From: Ophelia neglecta
Lineage: Eukaryota
DNA length: 64,000 bases
Direction of reading: 5' to 3'
Assembly: GCA_965285935.1 (NCBI GenBank)
Contig: OZ260665.1
Span: 59,582,001-59,646,000 of the forward strand
Shown: positions 51,701 to 64,000 of the stretch, piece after piece
How the letters are laid out: every line of letters starts with the position of its first letter
Position numbering within the stretch: position 1 is the stretch's first letter
Program-made: the position numbers and the translations under genes
The notes under the pieces: model-generated
The model's input: only the letters and a program-made list of their open reading frames with translations
Told to the model about the DNA's origin: nothing
Database searches by the model: none

Positions 51701-54700
51701 AATGTAATGGACAATTGTAGATTATTGATGTTGCTTTGTCTGCCGTGTTTTAGTTTAGATTGCATTTTCTTACTAATATACCCAAATGGTAAAACAGTTT
51801 CTTGCAAGTACAATGCCACCGCGGGTCAGAATCAACATACCATATTCGAACTGGGACATATATCTCCGACGTAATTTCTTGAACTTCGCACATTGCTTAA
51901 CGTGATGGGCAGCAATCGTCACGGATGCTACTAACTCCACAGATTATTCGTGTGTTGGTGTGTCAGCCCAGCTATTACTAGCTCGCAACCAACACAATAA
52001 CATATAAAGGCAGAAGTGGGTCAACATTAATTCCTTGTCTTCGTCCAGAATTATATTATATAAGAAACATTTTTTTATATACTAGTGCTCATATCTCGTG
52101 AAGTTGCACCTTGCATTAAGTAATAATCATATAAATAGTTAACTGGGTTTTGGTGTGTGCTGCCACAGTACGTATGTTCTAGTTCGGTCCTCAAACGTGA
52201 TAAATAGAGAATTGAGATACTAGTAAATTTAGAGTGGGGAATGGTCCTAGTGACATAATGGACTGTTTTGCCTCATAACATCTGCTATACGTACAATCGC
52301 CCTGATATACTTCCTCAGCACAAACTCTTGTGTCTGCTGGTGATTCCGTGAATGGTAAAACATGTGTTATAGTCCGTTATGCAGACAGCGTGTATAAAGA
52401 AAAAACATTCCCACATTTCAACTTCTCTAACCTCCCCCCCCCCACCTCTTGCCCCATCAGCATCTCTTCCCACTTCACTCTCCCAACCCCTCCTCACCCA
52501 CTCCGCCCCTCCTCTGCCTCCTTCTTCTTGACCACATTAATTTACTTTGCCGACTTTGATCATATTGTCATAGATGAATGCGAATGTAGTCTCGCAGGGG
52601 ATCACGTGACGTGATGAACGAGATTCTGTCTGGACGCTCTAAACGAGGCTGTTCTTACGTCTTTACACGTTCTGCCACATCTATTATTCACAAGTCAGCG
52701 AGTGCCGGCTCTAAACCAAATGCCAGTCGGCCGAGAATGGCATCCTACAACCAGCCGACACAAAGTGCACCTGAATGGCAGACAACAGATGCAGTTGATA
52801 CTAGATCTGAAACACTTTTATGATAATGTATTTATATCCTCAAAATTAAATGACCACCCTACTGTTACCTTTTTCCAGCTTCAGCCACACTACTATCCTT
52901 AGGTATGGCAATGTTGCTAAGTCTACAGTCTACCGTGCTGTCTTGTCATTGGGCTGATAATTATAAGGTGGCAATATCGAATGTTTATAAAGCCAGTATA
53001 CATACATCAGATCTACAAATAGTCATCATGAATAGGAACGAAACATTTATTGACGACCTGATTAATGCCGCCCGGATTTTAAAAATAAGATTATGTATTC
53101 AAACGGGTACTTCTTGCGAGAATAAGCGCGGAGCTTCGTATAAACATGTGGCAAATCAGGATGGCAACATATTGTCTTACAACACTGAAGGCGCCTCGCT
53201 GAGGTCTAAAGTGAAAGAGCCTGCTGCCATGGTGGCACCAATACTCAATGTCGCCGCCTGGCGAGTCAGGTTTATATTGAGTTCAGAATACATCAAATGC
53301 CCTCATAGGAAGTGGTACATAAAACCTACATGCGATATCAGAATGTTTCTTACATTAAATTCCTCGTGACAAATTACTGAAAATGTGTTCAGTTAACGAA
53401 ATGAACCATACTGCCGTTCGACGCTTGATATAATATCATGAAACCAAATCTTTAATTTCAACGACACGACTGGACGACAAACAGAATCAATATATAAATG
53501 CATGAGGCATACGGAGAAAAGCCAAATGAAAGAACGCACCGGGAAAAGACATAGCTTCTATTGAAGAGAACTAGATGAGTACCTAAGACAGACACGTGCT
53601 GGAATTGTCAACGAAAGGTAACAAGGGTCAAAAGTGTTTAAGTTAAGACCAAAGTGAATTTCCTAGACGAAAAAAACCTTGATGCCTTGATCAGGTCGGC
53701 CGGAAGAGTTGCTCCTCTATGCTGAGCTATAGTTGTGTTTAATTAGGTTTGCAGGAACTATCTACCAACAAGTTTTTATAGCTTATAAACTTTTAAAAAG
53801 TTGGAGGGAAATCACGTGATTATATAATTGAAAGTCCAGCGATGAAGCTACTTAGAATAACAAATTGAAGATTAACAAATTAATCCACTGACATTCGTTC
53901 AGAAAAACATCTGCGCATTTCTGCATGTGATATCGAATGCTGTTAAATGCATGCATTTTTGTATGTATAACCGCCGAAATATAGCCATTTGCTACTAACA
54001 CATGCGAGACACTTCAATTGAAGTCTAGGCTATTTGATGAAGGCTGACCAACTCTGAATAAGATGATCAAGATATCAATCTGTTGTTGCTATAACCCCCA
54101 CTTATAACACCCTGCTTTATCCCAAGACAGAAAAAACTTGCGCTTGACTGCGTAAATGGAAAAAGTAATTGGACATTAACTTGTATCACTGCCAATGGCA
54201 TGGCGTTGACTCCTATTTAAAGCTTGGGCAGCTGGTACTTTTTGCAGTAAGATTAGTCACTCCGAGAATACCTAGTTAATATGGTATCAAAGCCATGGAA
54301 CAGACAGCCATGGAACCAAATGGTTCCTTGCTTGCCGTTGCACTGAGCCTGCAAGATCGATGAAGATCGTGCCTGTAGAGGCTGTGAATGCTCTGTTGAG
54401 TTAGGGGGCGAACAACCAGGCGCGTGCACACCACCACATACGATGTACGCAGCATCGGGTCATTGCTTTTATTCAGGGAAGCTGTATTGAATCAGAGATA
54501 TCGATTGGAAGCAGGCAGAGCGCAGGCGTCGGTTGTCGGCGGTAGTGAATGAAAGCTGTTTAGAGAATTGTGACACACATCCCGGTTGGAGTTCATATCA
54601 CAAGCCTGTCCGGAATCTGCTGCGGTCTTCCTGCCCACCATACATCGTACTCCGCCTCTCGGATATTGTCTTTGTTCTTGCCAAGATGCTGAATATTGTC

Positions 54701-55138
54701 GAGCAACCCGAACCGGAATCCGGCCATGAGACGAGTTGCTAGGCGCAAGAGCATTGTGTCAGAAGAAACTAGCTGCCTGTGGATTCAGACTTGACTACAA
54801 CGCAATAAGTCATCAAGGGGATATTAGCCGCACTGAATAGCAATAATGTTGGGTATCTAAGAGAGATAGTTCCTCGACACATGGTGTGAATCACATGGCG
54901 TTTTACATAAGCCGGCCTTTCTCTGTCCGGGCCATATCAGGAATATTCTTTGCTAAGCAGACGAGCACTGTCACTTGTGTGCCAGGATATTCCGGTGTAT
55001 TTGTCTGCACCTGCACCACATAATCAGGCAAATATTGTATCTATTAGTCCAGAAATCACGCATTTAGTACACGTTTTATTTCGTAGTCGAATAAAGCGAT
55101 TGTTTGTAGCGTTATTGAGGACAGATAAAATAAACAGC

Positions 55139-56250
55139 ATGTCATCTATAAGCAAAGCATGCATGGAAATTTCCAACTCTATCAGGGGATTTCGACTGAG
55201 GGGATCCCAAAGCGAGACTTCAAATGGGGCAGGAGGAGGGAAAGAAACATTCAACGCCGCTGTTAGAACGGGGTCTTCTGTCAGCGTGACTACCACAATC
55301 ACCCGCGCCATCAAAAGCGCCACCTCACGGGTAAAAGCATTTGACAGAAATGGCCACGTGGCGGCGCCGCCACTTCCTGTTAAAAAACCACTGCCAAACG
55401 TATGGGAAGATGAGAAATTTCTTGCGAAGTTCTATTTCTATTTTTCACCATGCGAGAGATGCACACTGGTTCAGGTTTGTAAGAAATGGCGCGAGGTTTT
55501 ATATCAACCTAAATACTGGTTGGGTGTCACCCCGATTTACAACTGTAAGGAATGGACCAAGGATGAAGACGGACGAAGGCGTTTTTATACCAGTCTACAG
55601 ACCCGTGGCTTTGATTCTATATGTCTGTTCTGCGCGACCGATAAAGACGTAGCTGAATTTGTCAATAATTTTGCGTATAGTAGAAAGAGTATTCGCTCGG
55701 TGTCGCTGCGGTGTTCAAACGTGACAGACGCCGGCCTGGAGGTGCTGATGGAGAAGATGACGTCAATGTATTGTGTGGAGCTATCAGGGTGTAACGAAAT
55801 CACCGAGGCAGGCCTCTGGGCCTGTCTCAACTCTCGCATTGTCTCGCTGAGTATCAGTGACTGTATCAACGTGGCCGATGACAGCGTCGGCGCCATCGCT
55901 CAGCTACTTCCGGCTCTCTACGAGCTCAATCTGCAGGCCTATCACGTGACAGACGCAGCTCTTTCCTTTTTTAGCGCCAAACAGAGTTACACGCTAAGCG
56001 TGTTACGCCTGCATTCTTGCTGGGAGGTGACCAACCACGGTATTGTCAACATTATACACTCTCTACCCAACCTGACCGTCCTCTCTCTCAGTGGCTGCTC
56101 AAAAGTCACAGACGACGGCATCGAGCTCATCGCCGAAAACCTGCGCAAGCTCAAGTCTCTCGACCTCTCTTGGTGTCCAAGAATCACGGACGCTGCCCTA
56201 GAATACATCGCCTGCGATCTGGGCATGCTCGAGGAACTTATTCTAGACAG
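55139..56250 (+). CDS. FBXL16: Large coding exon of F-box/leucine-rich repeat protein 16 (partial; C-terminal exon(s) not confidently located)
   Basis: Starts [12 protein letters not shown] (agcATG at 55139). It has an F-box-like segment ([37 protein letters not shown]) and Cys-containing LRRs matching FBXL16 ([88 protein letters not shown]). It ends LILDR at an AG|GTAAGA donor (GT 56251), phase 2. A candidate upstream acceptor ttttatttcgtAG lies at 55085-55086. Confidence 0.95.
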
Positions 56251-56692
56251 GTAAGAGTTATAAATGACTTGTCGACAGGATGTATACAGTGTCGTTATAA
56301 GCCTATTATCTCACATAAAGCCATCAGCGTTGTCCTCCCAGAAAAACTATAATGAGACGTCGTACTAAGTCCACCAAATAAAAATAGTCCGGTGTGTGAT
56401 TATTGAGCTAATCATTTAATCATTCTCAATGGGGTGCTCTTTCATCTAGATATATATGCGTAGTAGCATTATGTACTTCATATTCCTGAGGCAAACTTGT
56501 CAATCAGGTGGCAGTGATTTAGTCTAACCAACTAGGTTCCAAATGTTACGTTTTCTATAAAAATCAGTGAATTATGTCCTAAATAAAGCTATCAAATTAG
56601 AGCCACTTGTCGCTCTAATATAATGCTTTTTATCTGACAAATTTAGCACTAGCATAAAGTAATAATATCGTTCACATGGGCATATTGTAAAT

Positions 56693-56891
56693 TGCAAAAT
56701 TGCAGATACGAGATACAGGGTGTTTAAAAATTAGCAATGTATCGATTAGGTTGGGGGACGGGGTTAGGTTTAAAAAGGGGGGAAATTTTCAGTTAGGTTG
56801 TTAGCAAAACCCCACCCCTACCAAGTCACAATCTACCCTAACTTTTTTTTGTCTGTGTATCTTGAATTTCCCGTTTACCTGCAGATTTGCA
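56693..56891. mobile_element. Degenerate foldback/MITE-like element in the FBXL16 intron
   Basis: Left arm tgcaaaattgcaga..agataca..aaaaattag..taggttggggacggggtt mirrors the right arm reverse complement tgcaaatctgcagg..agataca..aaaaagttag..tggtaggggtggggtt. Confidence 0.55.
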
Positions 56892-59800
56892 TTGTTGATC
56901 AGTTGAAATGAAAAATGAGATCAATATCTTTTAATTTATGCGTGTCAAGCGAATTTATTGTTCATCCCTTTTGCCAAGATATTATTGGTCACACATTGCT
57001 AACACTCTGCAGCTGTTTAAACGCTAAACAGACTCTTTCATATGTCGTTCGTAACCGAATCCTGAAATAGAGTAGGCTACTTTTATCATATCGACGGTGG
57101 AATTTCTCGCCATGCACCAGTAACGTGTAATTAATCGGTTAGATGAGTAATCAATATGTCCTGCATTATAGGTCAAGAGATTGGTACAATCAGACAAACA
57201 TAACGGCCGTTTTACGTATACAACGCTAGTCAACCCGAGTTCCGTCTCGACCCCAAAAAAACAAACTGTTAGAGTCAACCCGTGCCGCCCTGTTTAGTTC
57301 AAGAGCGGCGCTCCTTATATTTTGAGGAGCGTACTAGAGTTGCAGCAACTTGCAGCATGTGAACCAATCAGAAAACAGTTTTATGTAATATACCCGTGCT
57401 ATTCTCATTCTTGTCTCTTTATACACACTCCGGAGCATGCGCTATGAACTCTATACTCCCATTGACTTGAGTTTTAAATCGAACGTGCACGACCCACTAG
57501 TAGGACTTCTCATGGTTGCTGAATCGTGTCCATTTCAAATTAGTTCCGGTAGTTGACCTAATTCCGAGGCAATGCAGCCTGCTGGGTCTGCTCAATAGTT
57601 GACCTGATCTCGTTTGTTCTGCGGGGAGCCGTCATTAAAGACGTGTCTCACTGACAGCCGCTTCAACGGGGAACCATTACAAAGAGAGGAATTGTCTGCT
57701 GGCACCACAACAACAGCTAGCCTATTTGATAAAAAGGTCAATTTCAGCATGCCTCTACCGAGGGAACAGTCTCTCGGTGTCCATTACATTGCATTAGAGA
57801 CGGTAAGCCATCAGTAAACTGTCGCCAGAGAGTTGTCTGCTTAGCCTGTTCTGACACTTGTGTCACCACAACGGTCCAGTTTGATGTCAACCCCAACTGG
57901 GCACCACATGTTATCCCGGATACTTTAGATTAGGCTTGCTCAACCTTATAGACGTGGCAGGAATTGTTTGTCGGGATATCTTATTTGAAGTCATTGCCAT
58001 GTAGAGAGGTCTAGAACTGAACAGGAAAAATGTGACAGATTGTTCTACTATATGGAAGCTATGGTTTGCAATGGTTTTATATGAAGTCCTTATTCCAATA
58101 ATAACAATAATTTGCCAATAAAAGATTACGTAAAAAAATATGTTTATTAGTATTTGACAATTACCGTACGGGAAGAGGAAGGGGCCATAGAAAGTTATTT
58201 CGCCCTAAACGTCATATCAAAGCAAGTCAGATCGCCGCTCTTGGCTTCCTCTTCAAATATACACGCGAGTGCCATTTCGTGGAAAGCTGTATTATCTAAC
58301 AATCTCAGACCAAAAGGGTACGATATGTTTATAACGCCTTCCTACATAAACATCATACAGTTCATAGATAAAAGGCCGTATACATGGGTCTTATCTGTGT
58401 CGTACATTTCTGAATTAGTACATCCAGATTTTCCTAAACAATCACTATGAACAAATGTTGCAGTATATAGAGCTATGAGGAAACCTAGATTAAAGTGGGA
58501 TAGAATAACTAACATTTCTTAAGACAGGCAAGAGGGTTTTGAAAGCTTAGTTGTATAACAGATCTATACACCTATCGCCGACTATCTGTGGAGTTTTAAA
58601 CGGCTGAATAACACAATGATTGGGTATTTTCAGTTCAGTAAAAAAAAACATCCATTTTTGACTTCACAGCCGAAAGACATGAAAATTTCTACCGCTAAAT
58701 AAAGGCACATTTCCTCGCCAATTCATCTGCGAAACTACCGAGGATCTCCAGCCATTCGTCTTCTGCAATAAGTGTTTCGGGTTTATTTGCCCCTAGCGAA
58801 AACTCGTCAACAGTTTTGTATCGTGGATAGGCAAGTTGACACGCACGACTGCACATTATGTGTTTTTCTATGGAACACTGGATTTACCGATACATTTGTA
58901 TTAGTTTGACTTTGTCTCATAGCATAGACAATTATGTTTTGCAGATATAAATAACTTGTGTTCTAATATCTTCCAGCCACTGCATTCTATTATCATTCAT
59001 TTTCGGCTCTGACTGTGCCTTGTAAAAAATATGTTGGGCACGTTGTTTGTCTGGCGTTGGGTATTTCTTAGAATAAAAACAGGCCCACATTGAATCAATG
59101 TGTTCAAGGCCTACAAGCTTCAGACTTTTTATTAGTATTTAGTTCATTTTTTTCTTTTTGTATAAAATTTATACACGATAAGAGTAAAAAATAAACCTTT
59201 ATATGTTAAGGAAGCAAAAACATTCATAATGAATTTCTAAACCAAATATACTATTTAAGGTGAGATTCAAAGGCTGTTGACCTTATCCTGTACAATCCAT
59301 GGATAACGGCTTTTATATAGTTGTTTGAAAACTTATGCACCTGGTACAAATCTTGTTCTTATTTATTTCGTGGAAACTGCAGAAGACCTATAGGCTTGGG
59401 CTTTTGGCCTGAAGATTAATTTTTCTTAAAACCACTCCAAAAATTGGGTGGATACCCGACAGGCAAAAACGGAAATGGATACGCGGCAGACAAAGCACGA
59501 TCATTAATCAATAATGATCCATTTAATTCGTCTGAGTTGTAGGCCCCAAATACCGATCCCCAGCTCCCAACAGTACATTAACTTGTAATAAAATGACATG
59601 TTTTTGTTCTTTTTCAAGTTAAGGAAAGGCCTATATTTAAGAACTAAGGATAATCCATAAACGACAGCTGAGGTTTAAAAAATAATATTGAGGACAATTC
59701 AATGCATGGGACTCGTATGAAATACTTTATATCAGAACACATACAAAATGTCATAAATAGATCTTGCTAAAAGTACCTGAAGCCATACCCTTGATTAGTT

Positions 59801-61023
59801 GAGTATTGTAGCTATATGGGACAATAATGAAATATGTCCATAAAAGGTGACATGCTCTAAATAAGACGCCATATTCATTCCTTTTACGAACCGGCACAAA
59901 AGGTATGTTCTGTGAATGTTTAACGCTCGACAAGCATCGCTTAAAGACATTGGCGTTCAACCAAAGTTCGAAAAGAGATGGTAATATGAAGAGATTATAC
60001 AGATCAGATTCAGCAATATGTTTATATGCATTATTCCCGTTGTCTGATTAAATTTCTAGGAACCCATCCCCTCTATTTTCGCCATTGCAACTTCTCAGTT
60101 AAAACCATAAAAGCTTAGGAGAATTTACTTCATGATAAGGCCGCCAGTAATTTTCCTGGATGAAGGTACTTATGTATAATACAAGAAGCTTCGCTTTGGG
60201 TAAACAAGTGTAGCGTGACAAATTGCTCTCGATATGTAGATGTCCACCATTAACATTCCGCGGACAGGCAAACACGATTACGGCAGCGTCAGCACCATTG
60301 AAAACACGAGCTGGAAAAAGTTATGAGACAGTCTCGGTATTTATTTAGTCGATATTGTTGCAGTTCTACTAGAACTTTCCTATATGCGATAGCGCTCAAG
60401 CGTAATCCTGCAAAAAAGGCAAACTCATGCAAAGAGAAATCTCAGGCACGCCATTGATATATCGACCACAACGGAACCCTAACGAGGGTCCTCTGTAACT
60501 AGGCATAGATCAGTAAATAACATTTGATATTTGACCGAACTCTTAATTGTACATAAGACTATAATTGCCAACAAATTAGATGCCATTAATATAAGTAAAG
60601 TTTTATGCAATTTGCTGGAGAGTTCATAAGGATTATAAAACAAACTGAATGGAATAAATATCATTTCAGAAAAGTTACTTGTTTAAAAGTAATATGGTTT
60701 GGTCTGCACTAAAATATTTAAATATATGTTTGATCTCCAATAACTGGCACCGCTCCTGCGAGTAACTTGTTGACGAATAAATTGGCAGGCTAGCATACTT
60801 GCGATCACTCGTAATATACAAATAAACCGAAATGCTGTTGATCCCTTAAAAGATCTCTCCTGTAGTTTTAAATTATGCTCGGGCCTATAATGTGCAAATA
60901 TGTGCAGTCTGATTGGGCACAGCATCTAATATTGTTTTTCGAAAGTAGTATAGAGAGTGGAACTATTAATTAGCTGTACAACTGAATCACTGAAATGCAT
61001 TTTATTTGCCCTAATACCATATC

Positions 61024-61047
61024 GATGCTGATGCTGATGCTGATGCT
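61024..61047. repeat. (GATGCT)4 microsatellite
   Basis: Four perfect hexamer units. Confidence 0.9.
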
Positions 61048-64000
61048 GTTTATAAACCATCGGTTTTGAAACCTATTTCAACTATTGGAGAGCAACAAAA
61101 GGCGGCATCTATTGAGAAGTCATGAACTTCCTATCGACCGAAAAAAAAGCCAGGGGCCGGCCAAGAAAAAATACTAAACAAGTAAAAATCAATATGCCTT
61201 GGATGTACATGAAAGAAGCGTGCCTCTGTCAAGGGAACGATGCCAAAGGATAGATATGTGAGTCTACATGTGCAGAGAATCGAATTTTGGCTTGGTGCTC
61301 TTCTTTTTCAGGAATTTGAATAAGATTAGCCGAAACGAGGCAGTTTTCTAATTATGAAGCATGCCACAATTTTTTCCCCAGTGGCACATCTGAATTGGTA
61401 TATAAGACAAAACTGATTAATGGTAGTATGAAAGGCTTTTGCTAAATGAGCACAAAATCTAGGAAACCTGGTGAAATCAAACGATTACCAATACAGAGTA
61501 AACAAAAAATAATGTTCCCCTTACCAAGTATTCCTTTTGAGCCGCAGGACGAAATATACCGATATTTTGAGACCGATGGACGTTGTTAACCAGGACAACT
61601 TGATTTTATCCCTAATTTACTAGAATGTATATACCGGCGGCCTTAAAGGACCAGTGTTAAAGTGTCAGGGTTTCTCCTGGGCTTGGGTTGGAGTTAGGGA
61701 TATATATATAATAGTGAAATTAGTCAAGAGCAACCTGTAGCACAGGAGCTCCCATCCATTTTACACCGGCATGCAACGATAGGCGCAAGACCTTTAAGTA
61801 TGACACAGGGCTCATCACCCAGCTGTTACGCTGCGCACCTCCTTCACGTATCTTGAGGCAGTAAGAAGTACACTCTACTTCCAGTAACAATAACAGTACT
61901 GTCTTTCTGATAAAGTGATATTGCTTCCTTTCTTGACAGTTCTCAACGACTCTCGCGTGATGCACAAACGTTTTCGTGCTTTATATTATAGAGAATGCCA
62001 TGTCAAGAATCAATCAAGACAAGGAAAGCTGTGCAAACGCCGTCAAACTCAGCTTGTTTAGGCTAAAAAGCCAGCAGACTGTGTACTAGGAATTAGACAC
62101 TAACTACATATATGTAGATCCATTTATATCTGTAATCTGTTCCTTGCAAACTCAGAAATAACGGCGTAAAATAGTGCTATATGGGAGAGACTTTGCTGGC
62201 AGATCATCACACTCTGAGGTCTGCGGAGGATTAAATCAGAGATAGCTTTCATACATCAACTTCAGAGTTTCATCAGTTTCATACATCACAACGCGGGGAG
62301 CTCGTCTTCTGAGTTGAACGTGCCTCATTATGGTGACAAGCGAGAAACCCAACTGTGACCTTGCCCCTCATGGACATCTCGCTATTACAGCCTGTGAGCT
62401 CTCACCCTTTATGCATCTCTCCGCTGTACATTTTTCATTCAATACATGATACACATCCAGGATATTATGCCCATGTTAATAAAAATAGACAGTACAATAA
62501 ACAATAAACTATACCTAACTTAAGACACTAAATGACTCACATGGTGTCTATGTGTCGTTAAGCCCCAAAAATCAAAATACAAATCCAGGGATTGCTAGGC
62601 AGGGCAATCAACTTTAAAGTATCCACATATGTTAATTATCTGTTAAGCTGCATCTAGCTGTAGGTGAAGTAGGCGTGTAAGTGGTTTCTACATTCATTTG
62701 GTGGTCCTCACTATAATCTTATAGATTAACATAAACATTGAGTAACATAAACAGGTAAGAAGAGAGTAATCCAGTTCCTGAAGCATCCCTGTTGTCTAAA
62801 ATAGTTACCTATATATCATATATAGTGTGTGCCAAATTAGACTGACTACCTGGGTAAAATAATATGCTGTTGTATTCTATTGAAACCATGTTATAACAAA
62901 GGGTGCCATTATGCTAAATAAATATAATGATATGTGTAAAATAACTGATACGACTTTTTAGATGGTCTACTTTTTTACCTATGAAAAGTCACCATGCACG
63001 GAGAAACCGATTAGTGGTTAGTCTTATACCTTTTTTGATCTTTAGTTATAAGGAATAATACCAACAGTCGCAGGCTGTAAAGAAATTTGCTGTCAAAGCC
63101 TATTGGTATTCTGCACATAAGCATACTGCTAAGCGGACAGATATTTTAAAAGTCAAATTAATTCAGAGTTATCACATATCCTTCCGGGAGACGTATAAGA
63201 GGTTAGAAGTTAGTCTGCCTTCTGGGGTGACGCGTCCCTCTGAATACGAAAGTAGTTGCATGCCACGGTGTAAAAGTGACGGGAGTCCCCTGTCGGCAGG
63301 AATTCCGGGACCCGTCTTCACTATTTTAAATTCGTTGGTTTTGCTGCATCACGCCTCTGATGGGGTGATAGACCCATAAGCATATCTATGTCATATTAAT
63401 GTTGGGAATGTCCTGTTATTAACAGGATCGGACACTTTTTACATATGACTGAACATCATTATAAAACAAAATGTCGGGTCCTTACACGTCAGGTTGTGTT
63501 TCCTGTAATAACTCTCAGACATTAGTGATGTCACTAAATGCAAATATACTGCAAACACAGTAGAGCTTATTGGCAAGCTGGTTTGGCATGGATTATGGAA
63601 ACACTTAATCTGGTGTGTTTTAAGTTTAAATTCTACGAGCGTTGGGATTAAACTCTAGACTTAATATTATTTGTCATATTTATAATGTTTTTCGTCCAGC
63701 TTTTGTTGTTTAACATCCTCAGGTGCTCACACATTAATTTGGAGTCCCTAGTGCACCTCTTAAGCTTTTCCTTAAACCATAGTTACCAAGCTATTAGATT
63801 ATAATTATATTTATAATAAGCAGTTAAAATTATTGTACAAATAGAGCTAAGCATGAAATTCCCTTCTAAGGTCGATTTGAATAAGAGTGACTACCAACAT
63901 GTGGTTAGAAATCATTGACTTTTTTCCGGCTTCTTCGAGACAGAATGTTGAGCTTGAAGCTTTGACCAAGAGACTAACGTTTATTATAGGAATAGAATTA

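Noticed and set aside
52905-53369. 154-aa ORF upstream of FBXL16
   Set aside because: No recognisable motif or coding-like composition.
54950-55138. 63-aa N-terminal extension of the FBXL16 ORF
   Set aside because: Starts at TTG, has no family similarity and contains a likely splice acceptor; MSSIS at 55139 is the family-like start.
55024-56352. Antisense and alternate-frame ORFs over FBXL16
   Set aside because: Shadow ORFs of a real coding exon.

Overview
Eukaryotic, AT-rich, mostly non-coding animal genomic DNA. The protein styles and repeat content suggest an invertebrate, probably a lophotrochozoan (inference). Two neuronal genes lie head-to-head about 22 kb apart. (1) Minus strand: the first coding exon (33191-32999) of a stargazin/TARP (CACNG-family) AMPA-receptor auxiliary subunit. 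It has a candidate TATA + triple-CCAAT promoter and a short non-coding exon at about 34.7-34.9 kb. I found no downstream exon, so the next intron may span the whole left 33 kb. (2) Plus strand: a 1.1-kb coding exon (55139-56250) of FBXL16. The clearest structural oddity is a ~300-bp tandem duplication (16978-18383). Its first copy carries an 810-bp TIR element with a TAA target duplication (PIF/Harbinger-like), and its second copy holds the empty site plus a TA-GGCC-TA footprint. Also present are an L2 LINE remnant, micro/minisatellites, old foldback elements and a possible cryptic FBXL16 terminal exon. There are no prokaryotic features (no CRISPR, operons or rRNA), and most ORFs in the track are spurious. 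I did not find a clearly new multi-gene system; the findings are hypotheses to test.
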